A DNA stretch of 63,866 nt, counting the filler, from Licmophora abbreviata (taxonomy: Eukaryota): NCBI GenBank assembly GCA_900291995.1. It is 12 parts of 12 records of this genome, joined end to end, with 100 filler letters (N's around TTAATTAATTAA, not from the genome) between each part and the next. Parts side by side here need not be neighbours in the genome. Positions count along the whole stretch, not along the records: positions 9,599 to 16,157 come from OLMU01000819.1; positions 16,258 to 22,111 come from OLMU01000820.1; 10 more parts are not named here. The stretch is one strand, 5' to 3'. The translations under genes and the position numbers were made by a program. The notes under the pieces were generated by a model, which saw nothing but the letters and a program-made list of their open reading frames with translations, was not told the DNA's origin and did no database searches. Positions 9,790 to 19,587 of this stretch are shown here, in pieces (the stretch's first letter is position 1; each line of letters opens with the position of its first letter).

Positions 9790-11640
9790 ATGAAGGATTC
9801 ACCCTTCAACACGCGTGCGTTTGTAGTAGGGGTGAATGAAGAATGGCCAAAAGATCGCAGTCGAATAGGAGATGTCGCTCTTTACGAAGCATTTCGACGA
9901 CGCGCCAAACTTGACGACAGTGATGAAGACACGGCAGCAACCTTTGTGCAAGACAAGCAAGCGACGGCACTACACACACAGCAGGAACTAGAAGATTTTC
10001 TTCGGAATGCTAAGACTCAACAGTACTCTGACGAAAAGATTCGTTTCTTCTTCTATTTTGGTGGACATGGGCTCGAAGGGCGGTTCTGCATGCATGGCGA
10101 TTCGAAATGGTATCACAAGCAAGTTGTCGAGACAATCGAGGAGTTTCTTGGCGAAGGCGACGAAGTGTGGCTGCTACTAGACTGCTGCTTTTCTGGCGGC
10201 TTCTATAAGGCCATCAGCGATGATGCCAGCTGCCGTTCTAGAAACCGTCCCGCGTACGTCTGCATCATGTCGACCGAACCAGACGCAGGCGCGGGGCCCG
10301 ATTGGACTCTGACACAGTGCTGGCTACAAGCAATGAGCGGCGACGTGGACATGGATCAATCCACCGATCTGACCACATCTCAGGTTCTTGCTTACATGTC
10401 CGAACAAATTGCACGAGTGAAGCAGGATCTTCTGACTGCTTATGTCGAGGGTGTCGACTGCGAATCTAGACCATTCCCCTTCGCGGCCAGTATAAACGAA
10501 AAGACGGAGTCAACGAGCTTGCGTGAGGCCACCGGCAATAACGCTATGGCACGTCGGAAGCAACACGCATCGCGAGATACAACGAATTATCCGCCCTGTG
10601 CCATTGGTGATTCTTTATTTGCCAAGTGGCGTGGCGGTCATCCCGCCGAAGACGCGCCGTACGAACTTCCTCTCTGGTTTCGCGCCAGTGTCATTGCGCT
10701 GCCTAATGCGAATACATCAATGTATGTCGAGTTTTGGGACCCCATAACATCTCATCGATGGCGCGATCACGTCTCCGTGAAGAATGTGTTGGATGGGGTA
10801 GACGGATTCAGCTATTGGCATTACTGCTATACGCCATCGGAAATTACAGTGGTGCACTGTGCCTTGGCCAAGCACTTGGGATATCTTGATTATTCATTGC
10901 CGACGGGGACGAATATTGTGGCGGCGTATAGATGGAATGGCGAGTATTATCGAGCCACGATTGTGTCAGATCGCTCGTTTCCGTGGAAAGTGTTGTTGGA
11001 CGAACAGAGTCTATTGCGGAGTGCGGGACCACATGTTCCACTCCGTTGGCACCGCAGCGGAAAATACTCCATTGTGCCCATGGGTCGCTGTAGAATCTCG
11101 AAGATAGATGGTGATGCTGGCGTTGCTCTTACTTCAGAATACAGTGCCTGTCCGTCTTCTCCACATCCAGTCGAATCTGCGACCGTGGTGCCGACCGCGC
11201 CCAACGGCGATATTCTACCTACGGAACAAGCGTCTCCGTCGTCTCCACAGCCAGTCAAATCTAAGAACGTGGTCTGGACTGTACCAAACGTTACTCCGGA
11301 GCCTGTCGCGCGGCCGTTGCCAAGACAAGCCGGATCCGCGACTTCGACGACGCCCGACCTAGCTCTTATGAACAGCTTTCATTCGTGTGGGAAGGTTCTT
11401 CGGTGTGCGAAAAAGCTCTTTGGATCGTCGGAGTTGTGCTGCTTCTGGGCAGACTCGCACGAATGGTTTGCCGCGAGGCCAGCTACGTTGGAGGATGGGG
11501 AACAGGATCTCATATCGACCCATGTTTACTACAAGGAGAAAGGTGAGTACTGCATTATCCAATGGGAAGTAGACGACACTGTGTCTTGCCTTCCCAAACG
11601 ATTCATTCGACGGAGAGACCTTCAAAATAGGACCGCTTAG
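9790..11640 (+). CDS. Caspase-like (clan CD, C14/metacaspase-type) peptidase with three C-terminal Tudor/Agenet-like domains
   Basis: His-Cys dyad motifs 'FFYFGGHG' and 'LLLDCCFSGG'. Three segments match the Tudor-like pattern G..v.a.w...w(y/f).A.(v/i). Single ORF with no intron. Confidence 0.7.
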   Translation: MKDSPFNTRAFVVGVNEEWPKDRSRIGDVALYEAFRRRAKLDDSDEDTAATFVQDKQATALHTQQELEDFLRNAKTQQYSDEKIRFFFYFGGHGLEGRFCMHGDSKWYHKQVVETIEEFLGEGDEVWLLLDCCFSGGFYKAISDDASCRSRNRPAYVCIMSTEPDAGAGPDWTLTQCWLQAMSGDVDMDQSTDLTTSQVLAYMSEQIARVKQDLLTAYVEGVDCESRPFPFAASINEKTESTSLREATGNNAMARRKQHASRDTTNYPPCAIGDSLFAKWRGGHPAEDAPYELPLWFRASVIALPNANTSMYVEFWDPITSHRWRDHVSVKNVLDGVDGFSYWHYCYTPSEITVVHCALAKHLGYLDYSLPTGTNIVAAYRWNGEYYRATIVSDRSFPWKVLLDEQSLLRSAGPHVPLRWHRSGKYSIVPMGRCRISKIDGDAGVALTSEYSACPSSPHPVESATVVPTAPNGDILPTEQASPSSPQPVKSKNVVWTVPNVTPEPVARPLPRQAGSATSTTPDLALMNSFHSCGKVLRCAKKLFGSSELCCFWADSHEWFAARPATLEDGEQDLISTHVYYKEKGEYCIIQWEVDDTVSCLPKRFIRRRDLQNRTA

Positions 11641-11702
11641 TGATCTCTCCCTAAATTCATTCACAACCATGTAGATAAAAGGCACTTAGAGCTCGTCAAA
11701 GA

Positions 11703-13480
11703 TTATGGGTATCTTGCTGCTCTTCGCGCAGGGACACCGTGGTCTCGCATATGCTGCTTCACAGACTCAATCGCGACCTCTTTCCTGTGGAACATACCCG
11801 CAGCAAGAGCAGCCTGCACATTCGTCTCCGAAAACACATCCGTGAAATGAACCTCTTTTCCAGCACCGCTACTGGCAATCACAGGGATAGTAACGGCACC
11901 TGACACAGCTTTCATGAGTGCAATATCGAAACCATTGCCCTGCCCATCCATGTCGATGCAGTTCAACATAATCTCCCCGGCACCCAGCTTCTCAGACGCC
12001 TTGGCCAAAGTCACTGCACAAATATTTCTTGCCTCGCGACCTCCCTTCACGGTACACTGGTACCAGCACAGTCGTTCGCCATTCGGTCCAGTCTGGTCGT
12101 CATCTAGCTCCACCACTGCATGTTTCGGGTCCGCTTCCTCTTTTGATTTGACGTACACGCGCTTCGGATCGATCGATATCACGACCGCTTGAACGCCATA
12201 CACTCGAGATATCGTCTCAATTGAAGTTGTTCCAGTTTTGATACCTGTGTTGATCAGCGCTTCTGCCGCGTGAACGGCGTCACTGCCGATACTCACCTTG
12301 TCCGCACCGGCACGAAAATAGCGTGCCGCGACCTCCAATGCAGAGTACGTCGTTCCCGACGCTTCGTCCTTGTAACTACGAATGCCTCCCCCCACAGTCA
12401 ATGGAACAAATATACTTCGGGATGCCTGTTCCAAGACCTGCAACATTGGCATGTCTTCCAGTACACCTTGCCGAAAGCTTGTGATGTTGAGAAATGCAAT
12501 CTCGTCCGCTCCCTCCGTGTAGTATCGACTTGCGAGAGCAACGGGCTTGCCCAAATTACGAACACCACCGCGCCCAGAGAGCACACCCTCTTTTTCATTT
12601 TCGCGCACATCATATTGATCACCCTTCGTAACAACTAGATCGCCGTGGTCATTCGTGCGAACATCAAGAGCTACGACAACACGCTTAACGAGCTCCGTCG
12701 TGGCTGCTGGGTCAGGTTTTAGCGGCTTGGTCTTTGCGAGTGCATCGTTTTCGACAGCCTTATGGCGGAATTGTGAGTAAATTAGAGCAAATGAGATGAA
12801 AGCTGAAAGACGCATATGATGCAGCTGTCGCGACCATATATTACGTACCTCTAGAAAGCCTTTGATGGTGTGGAGGCCAGTGTTGCCACTCTTCTCTGGG
12901 TGGAACTGAGTCGCTACAACGCATCCCCGTTGCACAGCACTGATGAAGGGCTGGCCACCGTATGTGGTACTGGTCAAAATCCATTCGCGATTCTCCTCCG
13001 CTATGGGAGCATAGTAAGAATGGACAAAGTATGCGTCTTCTTGATCCGAGATATACTTCAACGCTGGGCTTTCTTGGTGAAGGATTCGTCCGTTCCAACC
13101 AATGTGGGGCACCGCCATCTTCGTTTCGTCAAATTTGATCACTTGCCCGGGATGACACCAAGTCCAGGAATCGCATCCTGACCCTCTCCATGCTCTTCTG
13201 ACGACTCGAAAAGGGTCTGCATCCCGAGACAGATACCGAGAAACGGGCGATCGTGGTTAGAAAGATACCGACGAAGAGGTTCTTCGTATCCTTCCTTCTT
13301 GAGCACAGACATGGCAGACCCGTAAGACCCAACTCCAGGAAAGACCAGGACCTTGGCAGTGTCAATCTGGGAAGGATCAGTGATGTCCTCAATCTCGTAT
13401 CCGTTCGCGAGGATGGCGTTTCGAACCGAGCGCACATTTCCCGCTCCATAGTCAAGAAGCGAAACTTTGAATGACGCCAT
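11703..13480 (-). CDS. HIS7: Bifunctional imidazole glycerol phosphate synthase HisH-HisF, with intron 12759-12848 and an apparent 1-nt frameshift at about 13141
   Basis: Glutaminase motifs '[10 protein letters not shown]', 'GICLGMQ', 'YFVHSY', 'QFHPEKS'. Cyclase motifs '[22 protein letters not shown]', 'VPLTVGGGI', 'IASSGAG'. Confidence 0.95.
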
Positions 13481-13972
13481 GCTATTCTTTGGTCTCGAAT
13501 CAGGTACCCAAACTCTTTGATACTACAGGACTGACGATCGCCTTACAGATGCAAGGATGACAGTGATGAATGAGACCTAATAGTCAGAAACGTGATGGTT
13601 GCCATCGGATCTTCCCGCCAAGAAACCTGGACCGTTCATTTCGCGCGTGTTCTCAATCGAGCAAACCGTGCGGTTCGCAGATTCATTCCATTCACGCGGG
13701 GTTCAAAGTGCTCGAACGTCTCGCGAATATTCCTTCCGCCGCCCATTCAATGCACTTTTGAGAGGCTACTTGTACTCGTTACCTCTTCCTCTATCGTAGT
13801 ATTAATGCAGCAAGCTACGTTCACCGTGCAATACGAAAACTAACTATCTACCAATCTACTAGAGATCGCTGTCTCTCAGACGAACACTCAATGATTGCGT
13901 CGTGGGCTTTTTCATTCGGTACAGCGACATGTTGCGTGGTAAGTTAAACATCAAACTCCTTCGTCCAGAAAA

Positions 13973-16498
13973 TTACTTGAACGCGGCGACCTTTCTGGTC
14001 TTCACAATGATACCAGCGACAGAGGCAAGCTTGTAGAAAAGCGCAATCCCGAGAAGAATACCAATATCTTGGGCATACGTGTCCTCCGAATCAATAACAG
14101 GGAACACCCTGGAAAGACCATCCAAGATGTCAGTTCCATCGGTGCTGTCCACACAAACCGCCTGGTTCAAAGATTGCTCACTGCCTGGGGTGCAGCTGAA
14201 GAGTAGTGATGGAAGATGGGTGCGTGAGCTCACTCGCGTTCATTCGTCAGACGAGGGAAAGCCAAAGCCCACACAAGCATCGGCACAACATACCTATCCC
14301 AATTATCAATCTCTGTGAAGAGAACGTAGTTGAAACTCCTCACGTAGTACGAGTAAGGCATGATGTAGTAGAACAGTTTGAATGGCCAGTACAAATCGTC
14401 GAGGGCAATCAAGAAGCCTCCAAACAAAAATCCAGCGAACCAAACATTCATGAACTGAAGCATACCAAGGATCGGATCGTCGAACCAAACCGCGAGGCAT
14501 TCAGCAATACATTCAAACGTGTAGATCGTAACCGACCACAGCAGTGTCAACAGACCGAAGGCAGATCCTGGGTACTTCTGAACGACAAAACCAGGGATTC
14601 CAAGAGCGAAAAGAGAAAAGATGTACATAATGGGGAGGACGAGTATGGTCTTCGCAAGGACGTAGCTCGCAGCCGTCACCATTCCATTCTTGGTTTCGCG
14701 CTGAATACTCTTGAACTCGTCGTTGAGAGCATAGACGGCAACAACACCCACTACAACAAAGAAGAGCAAGGAATGTGGTAAGATCCCTGCCTACACACAC
14801 AAAATGCATAGAGACAAGGGAGCCAAACGCTTACTGTTCGTTGGGACTCCGATGAACCAAATAATGAGCCACAACTTGTTGGTCGTTTGAGCCTGCTTGC
14901 TGTCACGCGCGTACCAGTACACGAAGGAAAACACCAAGTTGGACGCGAGGAAGATAGCGCAACGGCCAAGATACAAGATCGGGTCGCGGATGATGAGCGT
15001 CGCGTGACGACGGAACATGATCTGCATCTCGTTGAGAAGACTCGTTCCTTCAATGTCGACCACTCCTTCTTGCTCGTCATCTTCACCAGTGAAGCCCTTC
15101 TTTCCGTGCGAGGAAGCAAGAGCCTCGGGCTTCTTTTCTTCCCAAGTGTTCAAGATCTTGTCGACTTCCTCGCCCGTGGAAAAGTCAGCATTGACCAGAT
15201 CAAGAAAGTGCTCAGCGGGGTTCATGGCCGGGGGCAGCGGGTATCCGATACTCTCAAAGTAGGGAGAAGCCTCTTCTACATTACCGGAGAACGCCTCACG
15301 GCCCTTGGACATGATCATGACCTGGTCAAAACCATTGTACACCTTGGTGGAGGGCTGATGGATGGTACAGAACACGATGAGACGCTCGTCCTTGGCGACA
15401 CGGATGATCTCTTGCATGATGTTAGAGGCCGCGGCAGCATCGAGTCCACTCGTCGGTTCATCAAGGAAGAGAAGGGTCGGCTGCTTCAACAAGGCAACAG
15501 CGATCGAGAGACGGCGCTTCTGACCTCCGCTCAAACGGGCGCAGCGCGTGTCGGCACAGCTGTCCATGCCCATCTTGGCGATGATCTCGTCAACAATGGC
15601 GGCGATGTCGCCCTTGGAAGCCACCTCGTATAGCTGAGCACAGTACGTGAGTGTCTCGCGGGTCGTAAGGTAAGGCCAATGCTTGTCTTGCTGCTTGACA
15701 ACTGATTTGATATATAGCGAGAATATGATGAGCAGAGCGAAACGACAAAAACAGATTGCGGAAACAGATAGTGACTGTGTACCTACCAAAGCAATGCTTT
15801 TTGAAGATCTTGTCCGTCATGGGCACACCGTTCAGCGTGACTTGTCCAGTAGGGGTGCCATAGAAGGCGTCAAGCGTCAGGGCGCTGATCAGAGTGGTCT
15901 AGGGAACAAAAGAGTGGGGGGCCGACAAGAAAAAGTAAGCAAATGACAAGTCTCTCTTTCTGTCGTGTACGACGGACTGGGTATTCCCAAACCGTAATTT
16001 CAGCAACGTACCTTTCCGGCACCACTGGGTCCCATGACCGCCAACACGTCTATATAAAAGGGACAAGCGGACAAGGAAAAAGATCCGAGGGGGGTGTCAG
16101 ATGGTTTCGAGCTACTGTGCAGTCATACAATCCCGAGGCGAAAGAGAACTCCTCGGCNNNNNNNNNNNNNNNNNNNNNNNNNNNNNNNNNNNNNNNNNNN
16201 NTTAATTAATTAANNNNNNNNNNNNNNNNNNNNNNNNNNNNNNNNNNNNNNNNNNNNAAACCCAAAGGCCCTCTTTGAACTTACGTCCCCACTTGACCGT
16301 TCCACTAACGTCTGTAAGGATGTTCTTCTTGTTGTCTTTCTTTCCAACGATAAAGTTGATATCCTTGAAGCGCAGGACGGAGGATTCCATCCCGCTGCTG
16401 TGCGCGGAGTGCAGGCGCTTGCTTTGGGACGTGTTGAGCTTGTCTTCGTCATTGGCTTCTTCCATCTCCACCGCGGGGTCCTCCTTCGTGCTGGTCAT
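13973..16498 (-). CDS. ABCG (White-type) half transporter, multi-exon, spanning the gap at 16158-16257
   Basis: Walker A 'MGPSGAGK' (about 16035-16012), signature 'LSGGQKRRLSIA', 'LFLDEPTSGLD', 'CTIHQPS', 'NPAEHFLD' and a C-terminal TM domain. GT-AG introns. Confidence 0.9.
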
Positions 16499-17008
16499 GG
16501 TCTACTATACGAGTAAGTCTCACGAGAAGATCACAGAGATCAGCCTACAACGACGATACTCTCGATGCTGTTGGCGGCAAAAAGTGAGAGGCATCATCCA
16601 TGTCACATTCTGGCGCAGTTAGAGCCTTACGTACATTTCCTACCGGTGTCCACGTTGGGGCCTTTCTCCGGATCTGTGCCGGATTTGAACCTCGAAATTG
16701 TTCTTCGAACAGCGTTCGTTCTGCTCGTACGTCATCACATTTTGTCACATGTCCGCTCTTGCGCCAATAGGCTTGCATGCCATCTGCTATTCCACAAGAA
16801 AGGAATAGGAACCTAGTATATACAGTAGGTACGCTTTGTTGGCCTTATCATACTACGATAAGCTGCAGAGATGGGTTTATAGCTTTTCTCAGTCATTTCC
16901 TGTACGACGTAGTGTAACTGTAACTCTACTAGTTAGTACATCGTAGCTCACAAAGGCTAGCTAGCTCAAGTACGTGTGTGGTTCGACACTCGCTTCCACA
17001 ATCGCTCT

Positions 17009-18565
17009 TCATTCGTCGCTCTCATCAGCGTCTAGTTCTGGTCTCCATTCTGCAGGCATGCCATGAAATGCCATATTGTTGTACACATCTCGTAGGAACT
17101 TCTTCGAGTCTGTAAGCTCATCGCTTTCCAGGAGCTCCACCAGTCTCCAAGCTTGGACATTCAGTGGGATTTCTGGTTTCTCTCGTGCACCAACGCCTTC
17201 CTTCCACAATGACTCGACGACGCGGTGAATATAAGCTGTCGATCGACCGCCTACAAGCCAGCACCAACCATCGACGCTTTCCAGCTGTTCCAATCTGTAC
17301 GACCCGAAAGGCATGTCAGGATCGTCTTCCAACGCTTCGATTTCGCCCTCCAAGGGCAGAGGGAACTCGGTAGTAATGACAATTGTGCCAGGTTTGCATT
17401 GCCAGCCAATGGATTTACTTATAGCGGCCATCATGTCGCTTGACATGCAGCTCGAAAACACAAACACCAAGTCAGCATCGCCATAGTATGTGTACGGATC
17501 TTCAAACGAGCCACAGGTGAATTCGACGGGTGCCAGTCGAAGCTCCTCGTTCATGCCGTCGGTGCGGGGCAAAACGTATCCAACGTTTGCTTCTTCATCA
17601 TCCATTACTGCTTCTTCGTCGCTGAGAGCAATCGAATCCTCTACAGACTGTTCTTCAACACCGTCCTCGTCAGGGGCGTCGCACCCTGCCCATTCGTTCG
17701 GGTCCGAGGACTCGACGCTCTCGCCACCGAACTCCCCTCGAAGTTCATCTAGCCAGTCATGGTCCCGTACTTTCGCAGCTCCAAACGGCCTCCAAATTGT
17801 ATCTACGTCATCGCTTTCTTCCGCTTGTGAAGTATGGTCGCCGCATTCTTCGCTAGAAGCAGGCTGCGTTTCATCGTGTCGCCGAACACACTTGTCACGT
17901 ATCTCAACAGCTAGGTCATGGATCGAGGGAAGAACCTCCACGCCCCGGACAAGTTTCCACTGATGCAAAGCAGCTGCTGCCAAAACAAGTCTTCCCGTTC
18001 CTGATCCAATATCACAAAATACCTTATCCTTGTTCCAGTTCAATATCTTCTCTGTAACATCGCCGAACGAATTATAGTGTTCGACCGCACGGTCTAGCAA
18101 TGTCGCAAAGAAGTATAGATCAAACTCGCCGTAGGTAAAATGTTTAGGTGGATCCCGACCGCTGTTCACGTAGGGCCAGTATCCATCGGTTCGACTCGCC
18201 GCATTGCGTTTCTCCAAGTCTTCGGGAGGAAACAGTTTGTTCAAACCGTCAAGGACCGAGGCGTATCGAACGCCTGAGAGCGACTCTTGGTTGGGGTCCG
18301 CATTCGGGTCTTCTATCGGAATAGGATGACGTTCCTCGCTGAGTTTGTTCTCGTTAAGGGTGGATGTAAATGTGTGTCGACCTAAGGCTTTCCTTCCCCA
18401 TCCTGATGGCTGTCGCGTCTTCGCTGCCAGGTCTGGAGTTGCAACTGTGACGGTTCCTTGGCGCCAAAAGCGCGACGACGGAGCGACAAACGCATCGACA
18501 ACCCATTGTATCAGTAGATATAGGAGGATCAGAAGGTATGCCCGAGGGAGTGAGGCACGTGTCAT
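17009..18565 (-). CDS. SAM-dependent methyltransferase (DOT1-like fold), predicted plastid-targeted
   Basis: 'FTYGEF', 'FCDIGSGTGRLV', 'RGVEVL', 'ADLVFVFSSC'. Signal peptide ending 'VDA-FVAP' (ASAFAP-type). Confidence 0.7.
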   Translation of the reverse strand: MTRASLPRAYLLILLYLLIQWVVDAFVAPSSRFWRQGTVTVATPDLAAKTRQPSGWGRKALGRHTFTSTLNENKLSEERHPIPIEDPNADPNQESLSGVRYASVLDGLNKLFPPEDLEKRNAASRTDGYWPYVNSGRDPPKHFTYGEFDLYFFATLLDRAVEHYNSFGDVTEKILNWNKDKVFCDIGSGTGRLVLAAAALHQWKLVRGVEVLPSIHDLAVEIRDKCVRRHDETQPASSEECGDHTSQAEESDDVDTIWRPFGAAKVRDHDWLDELRGEFGGESVESSDPNEWAGCDAPDEDGVEEQSVEDSIALSDEEAVMDDEEANVGYVLPRTDGMNEELRLAPVEFTCGSFEDPYTYYGDADLVFVFSSCMSSDMMAAISKSIGWQCKPGTIVITTEFPLPLEGEIEALEDDPDMPFGSYRLEQLESVDGWCWLVGGRSTAYIHRVVESLWKEGVGAREKPEIPLNVQAWRLVELLESDELTDSKKFLRDVYNNMAFHGMPAEWRPELDADESDE

Positions 18566-19587
18566 TGCGGAGAGAAACCCATGTTCACAACTTCGATTGC
18601 ACGACGACGATGAAGACGCTTAGACAATGAACACGACGAGTTGAGTTGCGATGAATCTGCGACCAACCAAAACTTCATAACCTGATCACCGCCTTATTAT
18701 CAACCAAAGTTCGAAGTCAAACGTCTTAGCTCAGCGCTTATGTACTAGCATCCCATCAGTCTAATTGGCCCAGGTCGCGTTTCTCATACAGTACTTCATC
18801 AGCCACACTGATCAGCATCATCGCAATAAGGCGCGCGTGAAATGCAGTTTGAAACGAAACGAGCTTGTACCGGTACGACTTACAGACGTCGCCAAATCTT
18901 CGCCGGGGGAGGGCGGCCGAAATCGGCTCTCGATCGGCAAAGGTTAGACTAGTGGCAATCGTACGAAGTCCTGGAGGCATGCTTTGTACCCTGACTGGTC
19001 TCTGTACAATTAAGACCTTCCTGTATGTAGCTAGCTACATCGAGTAGCTTGCTCTGGCTAGTAGAGAAAGTCGAGTTCTACGAGCTAGTACTAGTCGCTG
19101 CTACCCTAGTCTAGAGCCACTCACTCCCTAAAAGTTGCTACAGTAGCACTGATCTCGACCAAATCGCCAAGGTACGGTACGTTCCTCTCGTTGCATATTG
19201 AATATACCACTAAAGTGGCTAGAGATGCATCGTGATAGGGACGAGTTTTCCGGTGGCCGAATGTCCGGACCGCAAGAGTGATAGGATCAACGATATAACG
19301 AATGCAAAACCCCGCGCTCGTATCGAGCAAAAATATTTTGAAACAACACGTAAGAAGCGTATCTTTGTGCATAGAACGCCAGAAAATACATCAGAACTTC
19401 AACTCCAACGTACGTCACCATACGTCCCCTCACTTTCAGCGAAGGCAAGGAGGTGACTCCGGAAGCGAGACGATCCATCGGTTGTCACATCACATCGCGT
19501 TCTCGTACAACGGTCATCGTTCGCCATCACCAGGAAGCTAATTTTGGCGTCCCTGAGTTTCTCGTGGGATTTCCTTGTGTGGACAAG

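Noticed and set aside
11703..13480. HIS7 as split hisH/hisF genes with overlapping stop and start like a bacterial operon, or as a pseudogene
   Set aside because: The break falls inside the glutaminase domain, one added base restores the usual fused eukaryotic enzyme, and the gene has a spliceosomal intron.
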